Origin: Setoptus koraiensis
Lineage: Eukaryota > Animalia > Arthropoda
Direction: 5' to 3'
Assembly (NCBI GenBank): GCA_048013815.1
Contig: CM106585.1
Span: forward strand, 23,622,001 to 23,686,000
DNA length: 64,000 nt
The position numbers and the translations under genes were made by a program. This document shows positions 10,597-22,537 of this stretch, one piece after another. The first letter of the stretch is position 1, and every line of letters starts with the position of its first letter. The notes under the pieces are model-generated. The model did not search any database and was not told the origin of the DNA. It saw only the letters and a program-made list of their open reading frames with translations.

Positions 10597-12285
10597 GTTT
10601 GGTTTGGGAGTTCGATAGTTGTTTCAGTTCCTAAGTGTCCAATCTATAACTGACCGTATATTACATGCATTCAGTGTTGAGTACAATTTTGTTCCATTGT
10701 AATTAGGTTTATAATATTGTTTGTAAGATTAGATAGACCTAAAAGAAATTATAGATGATGATTGGTAAACTCATGTGCAGACCATGCAAGAGAGAAGGAT
10801 GCAATGTGAGATTCTGATCATTGTAAGCACTCTAATGGGTATAATTGAGAATAAAATCATGGATGTCAATTGGTAAGATAACTAATTCAGTCGTGGTTGA
10901 GTCCATTGATGACCAGGTGAGACAATGGTGCTACTATTATGGTTGTAGGCTTCTGTGGTAACTGTCCATAGGGGCCTGTCATATGCTTTCACAAATGCGT
11001 GCTTACTTTGTGTGACTAAAGGCGCGCTAAAAATAATAAAGATTTCGAATGGTGCCCTGAAATGCACAGTGTGCCATTTACAATGTAGATTTTCTATGTT
11101 TCAAATCAGTTGTTCGCTACGGTGTGTGTCAGTGTTAGGCGTATTAGCGCTAGACGTTCTATTGTTGTTGTGTTGTGCACGGCCAACACATGGATGCAGA
11201 AAAAATCCGCAAGGGCGGCACTCTCACAAGTCAGAGCTGATGGTGCAATTCGCTCGCGACTAGGGAGAGCAGTTCATGTTGGCAATTTTTTAATACCGCA
11301 CAAAATGGATGTGGTGGGTGTCTGCCGGGGGCGTGGGAGAGGGGCGGTCTCAATGTAGAATCAGAGGAGGCCAAATCACGATTGGATTGACGGTTTTATA
11401 GGTAGAACCAATCAAAACTAATTTACATATGTTTTATCTAGAGTGATCAGTTAATCAGAGCTCAATATCAATTAATCAGAGCTAATATCTGTATCAATTT
11501 GAGATACCTAGGTGATTGCGGACGGAAGATTCAGTGCTCTGTTCCCGCCGATACGTTGGCGCCAGTGCGGCCTCGGGTCAGATTTGTTAGTGCCTTGTCT
11601 ATGCGCGGCGTAAGTAGGTGTGTGAGGTCGGTGCGACACGACAGTATGAAAAAAGGGAGGCGGGTACTTGTACCACAAATACCCGATGGCTTTTCAGTTG
11701 CCGCTCTGTAGTGAGGTGTGCGTCAGAACAAGCAATTGTGCGGCCGGCGGTTTGGTCTGTACACTGTTCTGGTAGCATCGTAAAGGGGGTGTTATTCAGA
11801 TGAAAAATAAAGATGGGCCAGCGTAATTTGCACGAGTACTCATATCATCAATACCTTTGGAATGAAAATCCATTTAAAATACTGACGGATCTTAATTGAA
11901 GCATGGCCAACTGATACTGTATACTATTCATACTATTAATTGAGCAACACAAAACTATAACGTAATAACCCAACATCAACAAAAACCATTGAATGCCGAT
12001 AGGACGACATTGTGCCAGCGAATGGATTATTCGCCATCTGACATTGCACCTACACAACCGAGAGAACAAATATTGCTCCAACAATAATAGTATATTATTC
12101 AATTCCATGCGGGACATGTCAGTGGTTAATTTTTCTCAAGGTTAGACATTTCCTCCGCGTCCTATGATGATGAGAGATAAACCAAAACATTGAGAGCATA
12201 ATCTACTTAATTTAAAAACAAACATCCAACAGTATATAATAATATATCATTACTGAACCAATATACATAGAGACAGCTAGTAATC

Positions 12286-15200
12286 ATGGTCAGACAACCA
12301 TTGCCAAGCCATCAAAAGATAGCTGAGAAGCTAACTATCCTCAACGATAGAGGAATTGGCATGCTGACTCGCATTTACAATATTAAGAAGGCATGCTCAG
12401 ATCCAAAATCGAAACCGGCATTTCTCAGCGATAAGCAACTGGAGCCCACCATCAAATTAATTGTTCGCAGATTTCCCAATTCCAGTGATCTTAGGTCGAA
12501 TCAACAACAACTGGCACCCATAAATCACATAAAGAACGATGTAATCAAATCTCTGTCTCTATATTACAACACATTTGTGGATCTTCTTGATTTCAAAGAT
12601 CATGTCTGTGAGCTTCTCACAACCATGGATGCCGGTCAACTTTCCCTCGACATTGCTATTAATTTCGACCTAACTAAAGCATATCTTGATCTCGTTGTCA
12701 CATATGTGTCGCTGATGATGATGCCAGCTAGAGTGGAGGACAGGAAAGCTGTACTAAGTCTATTCAATCTATCGCATGAAATGATACATGGAAATGCTGA
12801 TCCAGCCTTCCCTCGCTTGGGACAAATGATTGTCGACTATGAGCAACCGATGAAAAAATTATCTGAAGAATTCATACCTCACTCTAAGTTATTATCTCAA
12901 GCTCTTCTTTCATTGCATCAAATATTTCCTATGCGAACTATTACTGCACAAGAATGGAGAAAGAGCCAAATATTAAGTTTAGTTGCAAACCCTACACAAT
13001 TATTCAATCCTGTGCAAACAGACACCATTCAATGCGAATATCTCTCCGTGGACGATCTTGAAAGATGGATAACATTTGGCTTCATGTTGGCCCACCACTA
13101 TTTGAATCAACCCATAGCCCAGGAACTGTTTAACAAATCCTTGCAATGTGGTTGGGTCATTTCACTATTCAGAGATGAAGTAATCCACACCCATTCATTT
13201 GTACAGAGTTTCTTTGAATCCACCAAATCAGTGCCAAGCAAACGAGTGTCTGAAGTAAAAGAAGCGTATAACACTGTGTTGCAGAAAGCTAGCAACATTC
13301 ATCGTGAGCGAAGAAAATTCTTGCGGACTGCCTTGAAAGAATTGTGTTTAATATTAACTGATCAGCCTGGTCTACTGGGACCAAAAATACTTCTTGCACT
13401 CATGGGTTTAGCATATGCTAGAGATGAGGTCAACTGGCTCTTGAGGCATTGTGAAAATCCACCCCAAAACAAAGGCAAGGTGAAGTTTCAAGCAGAAGAT
13501 CTTGTGGATCGTCAATTACCAGAACTATTGTTCCACATAGAGGAGCTCAGATCTCTGATTAGGAAGTATTACCAAGTTATACAACGTTACTATGTTCAGT
13601 ATTTATCCGCATATGATGCAATAGCCCTAAATCAAATAGTACAAACAGTCTCTATGCTACCCGAGGAAGATTCTATGATTTTAGAGACCATACATACAAC
13701 AATAAGCGGGTTAAGCTTGCAACAAGTAGAGAATAAACATTTATTTGACTTCCGTGGTTTGAGATTGGACTGGTTTCGATTGCAAGCCTATTGTAGTGTT
13801 CACAGATATCCGATGCATTTATTTGAACACAGAGATTTGGCCATATTGATGAACATGATTACATTTCACACTCGAATGGTAGATGATATTGACGATATAG
13901 TCACCGAAACGTCCAATCTATCGAACTTTTGTTTCTTCAACAAAATATTCGACAGCCAGTTCCATATGTGCCTAGAATTTCCTGCACAAACGAGATATAT
14001 CATAGCGTTTCCTCTCATATGCGCCCACTTTATGGATTGTACTCATGAATTGTGCCCTGAGGAGCGATATCACATAGGAGATAGAAGTTTGACATTTGTC
14101 AATCTATTCCTAGACGAAATGTCAAAAGAAGCCAGAAACATCATTACTACCATATGCGATGAACAATGTACCATGAGCGATAAACTTTTGCCCAAGAATG
14201 CAGCACCTCAAATTGCTCAAGTGGTGAATAAACGAAAAAGAGATAAGAAAAATAAACAGTGTGCAGGAGGTGATTTAGACAAGCCAGGAATGGAGAGTTA
14301 TCGACGAACACGCGAGGAGTTGACTACTATGGATAAACTACACATGGCCTTGACAGAATTGTGTTATGCTATAAATTATTGTTCAACCATAGAGGTGTGG
14401 GAGCACACTTTCTGTCCTAGAGAATACCTGACACTACACCTAGAGGCTCGCTTCAACAAATCACTAGTGACAATGGTATCATATGACGCCGAAAACAACG
14501 AGATAGCCAAACCCAGCGAGTTATTTTCTGCTGTGAAAGCCTACATGAATGTCCTGCAAAGCATCGAGACATTTGTGCACATTGATGTTACCCGTATGTT
14601 TAACGATGTTCTGCTCCAACAAACTCAACATCAAGACAGTCTCGGTAACAAAACTATAACAATGCTTTACTCAACTTGGTATCTTGAGGTCTTATTGAGG
14701 CGTGTAAGTTCGGGCCACATATGCTACAGTCCTATTCAAAAGTCATTTGTATCTCTATCACTAGAAGGTCAACTGCCGTTCTCGGCTGAAGAATTCTCTG
14801 ATGTCAATGAATTGAGGGCCTTGGCTGAGCTGATAGGACCTTACGGTATAAAATATTTAATCGAGAGTCTCATGTGGCACATAGCCAGTCAAGTTAGTGA
14901 GCTCAAAAAATTGGTTGTGGCTAATAAGGATGTCCTTATAGCGTTACGCTCCAACTTCGACAAACCAGATAACATGCGCGAGCTATGCAGACGCCTACAA
15001 AGTAAGTATCACTTTGAAACCATCATATCTAGGTTATAAATGACAGCCACCCATAAGATTTATCATCCTCAACTTAATACTCGTAAAATCCATCAAAGGC
15101 TATTTATCTAGTTTTAACTGTACTATTTATCTTTGAGTTCTCATCTGCAATTCCGGTTTAGGTTCAATCTTTAATTATCATTTCTCATCTTTCTGTCATC

Positions 15201-16036
15201 TAAACTACTCTCCTGCCTTTCTATTCAAGAGCAAACAAAACATGCTAAAAGTAAAGTTCAGATTTCATCATTGTAATCTATCACTCTATATCATTAGAAA
15301 TAGTATACTAATACCAATTCTCTTATACTTCCTTACAGATGCTGATAGTGTTCTACAACGGATGACGATTATCGGAGTGATATTATGTTTTAAGAAATTG
15401 ATTCAAGAAGCTTTGAATGACGTCTTAGAATACAGGATACCTTTCATGCTTGGTCCTATCAAAGATTTCAAATATGATGTCTCAAGTGCGGAAGTTCTCA
15501 ATGATGTACAAGTAGATTCTACCAAGAGTCAAGTTGTCAGTGAGATGGCTTCAGCTACTGGTCTACCATCACGAATCGATCCGGCTCTGGTTGCTGCATT
15601 AAGGGTTCATAAGAATGACATGGGTGAAGACGAATACGAGATAGCTTGCCTTTTGATGGTATTTGTCGCCGTCTCACTGCCCAGACTAGCAAAATTAGAG
15701 AACTCGATCTACAAACCTTCATTAGAGGCCCATGCTAACAACATTCATTGCTTAGCTACTGCGGTCAACTCTATATCCTCTGCAATGTTCAGTATTTTAA
15801 ATCACGGTGATATTGAGGAGCGCTTAAAAGAATTCCTAGGCTTAGCATCGTCGAGCCTACTGAGACTTGTTCATGAAACTGACAAGGAACTGATCAAGAA
15901 CAGGGAATCAGTCTATCTAATCATACACATTCTCGTACAAGAATCACCATTTTTAACTATGGACCTTCTTGAAAGTTGTTTTCCTTATTGTCTATTGCGC
16001 CATGCTTATCATTGTGTTCTGAAGGCTAAAGAATAG
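12286..16036 (+). CDS. NCKAP1: Nck-associated protein 1 / Hem / Kette (WAVE complex); exons 12286-15001, 15339-16036; about 1137 aa
   Basis: [28 protein letters not shown] at the N-terminus; spliced [15 protein letters not shown]; [11 protein letters not shown] at the C-terminus. 337-nt GT-AG intron. Confidence 0.97.
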
Positions 16037-17210
16037 ACGCTCAAACTGCTATCATGAGTTTAATTATGAAAAGAACAGAACATCTCTTCGGAGTTGGATA
16101 AAATAATTGTTATAAATTGTAGAAATTGCCGAAGAATGCAGAATTTGTGAATGACATATAAATAAATATAGTTGCTCTTTTTATATTTTGGAAACTCAAA
16201 CGTCTTGTATATTACCACTTTTTAGTGTAATCTATTAATCAGGTATATTAGGAAAATAAATTCAGAATGGGGTGACAATTGGTGAATGTTTTGTGGCAGA
16301 AGTGCAAACTACGAGGCAAGCTATCATATATCCTACCATGGCTCTGCGTTCAACCCTTTGTCACAAATAAGCGAATATGTCAGAAGATCCAACACATAAC
16401 AAGCTCTGTGACTTGCCGAACTGTGCACCCCACAAGTAACGAATGATGGGGCCCGCCACTCATTGGTGCAGACAAGAACATACCAGAATTCGAAACGGGT
16501 GCGCCAAGCGTAAATTCATTTGTACTAACCAATGCTGCATAGCTTTCACCATCCAACTCGATATTAGAGTTTCGAGGCCCTTTCTTAGTGAAGCTATGTG
16601 TACATTTGTCGGCGGCCTCAATGTAAGCTCCTGAGGAGCCTCTATTTTTGTTATCCAATTTGTGTATGGAATTCCTATACTGTAAAAAATTGGAATTTCT
16701 ATCACGAAAAAGAAGAAAATACATTTTGTAAGTAATATACCCAACAGTAGTAGTTATTGATGCTAATCTTTTTGGTTCCACTGTTACATAGCGCTTAGAT
16801 AAATTGAAAACACTGAAAATTACCAAACACCATCCTAACCACACCTTTCTATCATCTTTTACCATCAAATTAATCCCAGATCTCATTTTCTTTGTCTTTG
16901 AACTATCATTAGATAGATTGGTTCGAATCGATTAGGGCACACAATAAAAATACAAGATATCTACTACAGATAGGAATACTAATCATCCTATCGTGACGAT
17001 ATGCTCAATAATGTATACGGATTATTAGAATAGATGTGAATGGAAGCATTGATCTCGTCTGGAGTAATTTATCAGTAACATTCGTGTCCATCATGACACA
17101 CAAAACAACAAAGGCAACGAAAACAAAACATTCACGAACAGAACAAATACAAATGACTCACCCAATTGTGTGAATCCAGTAATTGATGAAAACAGAAAGA
17201 ATTTATAGCA

Positions 17211-20200
17211 ATGAAACCAACTAAATTTCGTCGACAGGTGACTCCAATAGAAGCTTCCTTGATGATGATACTAGCCATTATATTTCTAATGCTCACTATT
17301 GGTGACAATCATGTGTCACATGATAGAACCAACTCATTAAATAATATAATCACCACCAGCCTAAGTTACCTGCCGGCTCCAGTGCTGTTAGCACAAGCTA
17401 TTCTACCAGACGAAGTTCACGTAGGTAAGTGTTGATTGTAGCTACAAATTTAAAGTGGTATCGTTGGAATTGCTTACAGTTGTATTATCAATAATGTCGA
17501 TAATAATATTCGTTAAATCATTGTTCTTTGTTTATAGGAGGTTTGTTCGAACGTGGCGAGGAAAACCTAGAGGCGGCCTTCAAATTGGCCATTGAACGTA
17601 TCAACAGAGATCAAAAAGTATTGCCTAGAACAAAACTAGTGCCCCACATTGAACGTTTAGACAAATCGGATAGCTTTGCCGCTTCAAAAAAAGTTTGCAA
17701 TTGTCTTCAGAAGGGTGTTGTCACATTGTTTGGCCCACAGACATCTAAATCGTCTAATTACGTTCGATCCATCAGCTCAACTGTGCAATTACCTCATTTT
17801 GAAACAAGATGGGACAACACAATACAAGAGCCAACGAGTTATTCGTTGAATTTGTCCCCGCACCCAAGTGCATTGGGGCGCGCATTGCGCGATCTAGTCA
17901 TCAAAAAGAATTGGAAGACATTTGCCATATTGTACAGCGAAGACTCGTCTATGGTGCTCATACAAGAGATTCTGAAGCACAGCAAAATGCACACAAAACG
18001 AATAATGGTGCGCAAAGCCAGAGAGGCGTCTATTAGCTCACCTACCGGAAGTGTTACTAGTGTGACAGGTAATACCAATTCGTTGTCGGTTAACAACAAT
18101 CGATCACAGCAGCTCAATAATGTCAACGCCATCAATGGTGCTGACTCAACACAAATTTTGGGCACAGGCCGTGGCCACTCTTCCTCTAGTGGGGCGGCTA
18201 TGCCCAGTTTCAGAGAGATACTTAAGGAGTTGGCCAAATTGAATGTGAAAAACATCATCATAGACGTGCCAAGGGATCAAGTGTCAACAGTTCTGGCCCA
18301 TGCTCAAGATGTAAATATGCTTCAAGTGTACAATAGTTATATATTTACAACATTAGATTTGCATACTGTTGACCTGAGACAGTTCTATCATACAGGTACA
18401 AATATATCGGCGTTTAGTTTAATAGATGCCAATCAGTGGAGCGCAAACCACTTCGATGATATAACACGTGATTGGGCTCGTGGCGGCGATGATACAAACC
18501 TAGCCAACGGCCAGCAACAAGAACAACAACAGCAACAACAACAACCGACAGCAAATGTTCATCTACTGTCCGACAGTAGCAAGGCAGTGTCATTAGGTGA
18601 AATTTATGCGCCACCAGTGCTGGCACAAACACCCTATCAGCCACCACTGCAACAACAAAACAAGATCATCGATCGAGATTCACAAGTTGCATTGATGGCC
18701 AATTTCACCACCGAGGTGGCTCTCACCTATGACGCTATTCAATTGTTGGCGCAGGCATTGCATGATTTTAACAAGACAACGTCGTCGTCGTCGTTGATTC
18801 GTTCCATGTCAAATTCTTCGTTTGCATTGTATCATGCCTGCTCCAGAGGAACATACAGCAACAACAATTTGAATAGCGATATGGACAATGTCGGCTCAGA
18901 ATCATGGGCGAATAGTAATTCAATGATGCCGCCAGTGTGGCACTTTGGCTCTATGCTGAAAATGTACATGCAACTCATTAGCATACGTGGTCTAACTGGC
19001 GACATTAAAGTGAACGAGCGCGGTTATAGGACAGATTTCAAGCTCAAGTTACACGATCTGACGCGCGAGGGCATGAAATCTGTAGCGCAGTGGACAATAT
19101 CGTCTGGGTTGAATTATGTAGGCAACTATTCTAGTGTTATGACGGAAAATTATAAGGAGTTGCTCAAGAATAAGACATTAATTGTAGTAACATTAGAGAG
19201 TAAGCCCTATATTATTCGTGTGCCAGATTATGAGAACAAAACAGGCAACGATCGTTGGGAGGGCTACGCTGTTGATCTTATCAAAGAGCTGGCCAATGCG
19301 AGAAATTTCAAATACATATTGAGAGTGCTGCCCGCCGGCCTGGCCTCTCATGGCAACAGAAACGAGAAGGGCGAATGGAACGGATTGATACGAGAATTGA
19401 TTGACGGTAAAGCCGATATTGCAGTGGCCGATCTCACCATCACTTACGAGCGTGAATCTGTTGTGGACTTCACGATGCCCTTCATGAGCTTGGGCATTGG
19501 CATACTGGTGAAGAAGCCGACAAAGAATTCGCCAAAATTATTTGAATTCATGGAACCGTTAGCTGGCGAGGTGTGGATATATCTGCTAACGGCGTTTGTT
19601 GGCGTAACATTGTTCTTGTTTTTTGTGGCGCGCTTCTCGCCTTACGAATGGGACAATCCTCATCCGTGCGAACTAGAAGTAGAGAACCTAACCAACGAGT
19701 TCAGCTTGAAAAACACCCTTTGGTTTACTATTGGTTGCCTTATGCAACAGGGTTGCGACATTATGCCGGGGGCACTGTCCACGCGCGTTATGGCCGCTGC
19801 CTGGTGGTTCTTCATATTGATATTGGTGTCATCGTATACGGCCAATTTAGCGGCCTTTCTAACCGTTGAACGCATGGACAATCCCATTCAGAGTGCCGAC
19901 GATCTGGCCAAACAAACCAAGGTTACATACGGCTGCTTGGGGCACGGCTCTACGCGCAGTTTCTTCCAGAAGTCCAATTATACAACCTATGCGCGTATGT
20001 GGTCATTTATGGAATCCAAACGAGCCGAAACATTGCTAGATAGCAACAGTAAGGGTGTTGAGCGCGTGCGAAAGGGCGACTTTGCCTTCTTAATGGAATC
20101 AACAACAATAGAATATACAGTGGAAAGAAATTGCGATTTGAGCCAAGTGGGCTCGCTACTAGATCAAAAAGGCTACGGTATTGCCACTCAACAAGATTCG

Positions 20201-20935
20201 CCATATAGAGCTGTGTTGAGCGAGGCCATATTAACGTTACAAGAGAGTGGCGTGTTGCACAAATTGAAAGATCGCTGGTGGAAAGAAAAGAAGGAAGGCA
20301 ACATATCGTGCGAGGTGAAAGAACAAACCAAATCCAGTGGCACTGCCAGCGAGTTGGGCCTAGATCATGTTGGCGGCGTTTTCGTAGTTTTGGGCATTGG
20401 TATGCTGATAGCGTTGGCCATTTGCATTGGAGAGTTTATTTGGAAACAAAAGAAGACGCCCAGAGACGAACGGTGTCACATAACGGTGGAGTTGTGGCGT
20501 TCGTTCCGGTACGTGTTGCGTACGGGCAACAAGAGACCATTCAGGCGCTCATCGACGGACATGGACAATGATTCGCATAGTCGGCAACAGAATAGCGGCA
20601 ACAATGCAACAACAAACATGTTAATGCATAACAACGATGGCACGCCAAATATGTTCGATAAGCAATTGATGACAAATCAATCAGTTGATTCCAGCTATTA
20701 TTATCCGAGTAGTGAGCCATACAATAATAACAGTGGTAACACCACCGGCCTCTTTAACTATGCAACTATGGCTGACCAGGCTCATCATCAGGCCGGCTTG
20801 GCGAACAACAATCTGGGCTCGATAGGCACGGCTTTTTCACTGGATCACAATATCGCACCATCGCAATATCCTCTGATGCGATCATTGCAACAACTACAGC
20901 AACAACAACAGCAACAGCAGCAGCAATCATTCTAA
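17211..20935 (+). CDS. Ionotropic glutamate receptor, kainate type; exons 17211-17424, 17538-20935; about 1203 aa
   Basis: ATD start IGGLFE; S1 ADLTITYERESVVDFTMPFMSLGIGIL; M2 WFTIGCLMQQG; M3 SYTANLAAFLTVERM; S2 GSTRSFF and MESTTIEY; M4 VGGVFVVL. One 113-nt intron. Confidence 0.95.
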
Positions 20936-22224
20936 TCATGAAATACGAACACACACACACAGATTAGCAAGTAACCTTTTTCAACTTGTTCCATTGTGTC
21001 AAGAAATCTAGAAATTAAAATAAAATGCTATTGCCTAATATCTATCATCAGCAATCAGTCAAATGCCGTTTCGATATGCCGTAATTGCGGCAATACATTA
21101 CTGTAACGTGTATATACAATGTTGTACTTTATGGATCGCGAACCGGTCAGTTGAGCGGCCATTTAGTTGGTGTGCTCGTGCAGTATAGATGGCAGCACAG
21201 GCAGCCCGCTTTTAAATTGCTCACGTTGCATATGGGATGTCGCTACGCGAAAGCTTGAACAGTTAGCACGGTGACTTGAGTCGATGGACTCTTCTCACTA
21301 ACTGTACTATACTATTATGTACTGCACTGTACACACGCACACACACACACACACACACGATGTACATGTGAGCACTAGGAATATATAGTATGTAGTTGAT
21401 GAGTTCACTCAACTCAACCGACTCAAGGCTCAACTCCGGCTAGTCATAGTTGCTTGTTGAGCGTTTCGCGCATTGCGCAGTGCACTAGTGCTAGCGAACA
21501 AACTGACAAGTTGTGTGTGTGTGTGTTTTTACAGTTGAGTGTGTGTCGCAATGGACCTCAGACTCCTCGAACAGGACTGGAAGTCGCAGAAATGTTGAGC
21601 TGAAGTCGAGCAGTTCAGTCCGAAACTGCAGTCGATCTGTCCACAGTATTTGATGTAACAGTGCACATGAGTTCGTACTGTTGTGTTTATATGTGTGTAT
21701 GATTCAATTCGAATTGTTGTTCGATGTTGTCTCATGTTCTATTAGAATAGAGGAACTTTTTTATTTTTTCCTAACCCAGCAAGCACAAGCCAATATTTAC
21801 AACAGCGCATAGAATTCACACGAGTTTTCATTCTATTATTGAAAGAGGAAGAAGAAGAAGAAGAGAACATTATTTACAATTACATATTTACAGTTATTAT
21901 TAGTACTGATTAACCCACTGAACAGCAATCAAGAGAACTATACAATATTACTAATGTCGCCTTATACACACCGCATCGAACTGACAAAGTCAAGGAGTTT
22001 TGAAGGACCGTTCATACACAACTAACTTATTTTATACGTGTCACTATATTATAATCTATTTAATTGAATTTCGCCGACATACATCAAGACACTTTTGTGT
22101 TTCGTAATAATCACACAATTTGCGCGATAGTCAGTAGCGTAACACAATCAACAACAAACACCGACAACAACAACAACAACAACATTGAGTGTTTCAAAGC
22201 GGACAACCAACAACCAGCCGAGTC

Positions 22225-22480
22225 ATGTCTTGGACCATGCAGTACACCAAAATTGAGGTGTCTGCACCGCAAACATCTACCGGCTCCATTAAAGGTAAAC
22301 AAATATTCGGCAAGATATTGCCAAAAATAAATAATCTAAAGATAGAGAGCGAGCGAGCAAGCAAGCGAGCGGGCGAAACAGAGACAGAAGGGCACACACA
22401 CGTACTGCAATGGAAGCGGACGACGGGTCTAGGCACATCTACGTTCAACCTTCCGGGTTCTCGCACACTGACACACACAC

Positions 22481-22537
<57 letters not shown>

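Noticed and set aside
16380-16886. 168-aa and 94-aa minus ORFs; a 61-nt intron (16740-16680) could join them
   Set aside because: No recognisable domain, and the intron is shorter than typical here. Left uncalled without RNA data.
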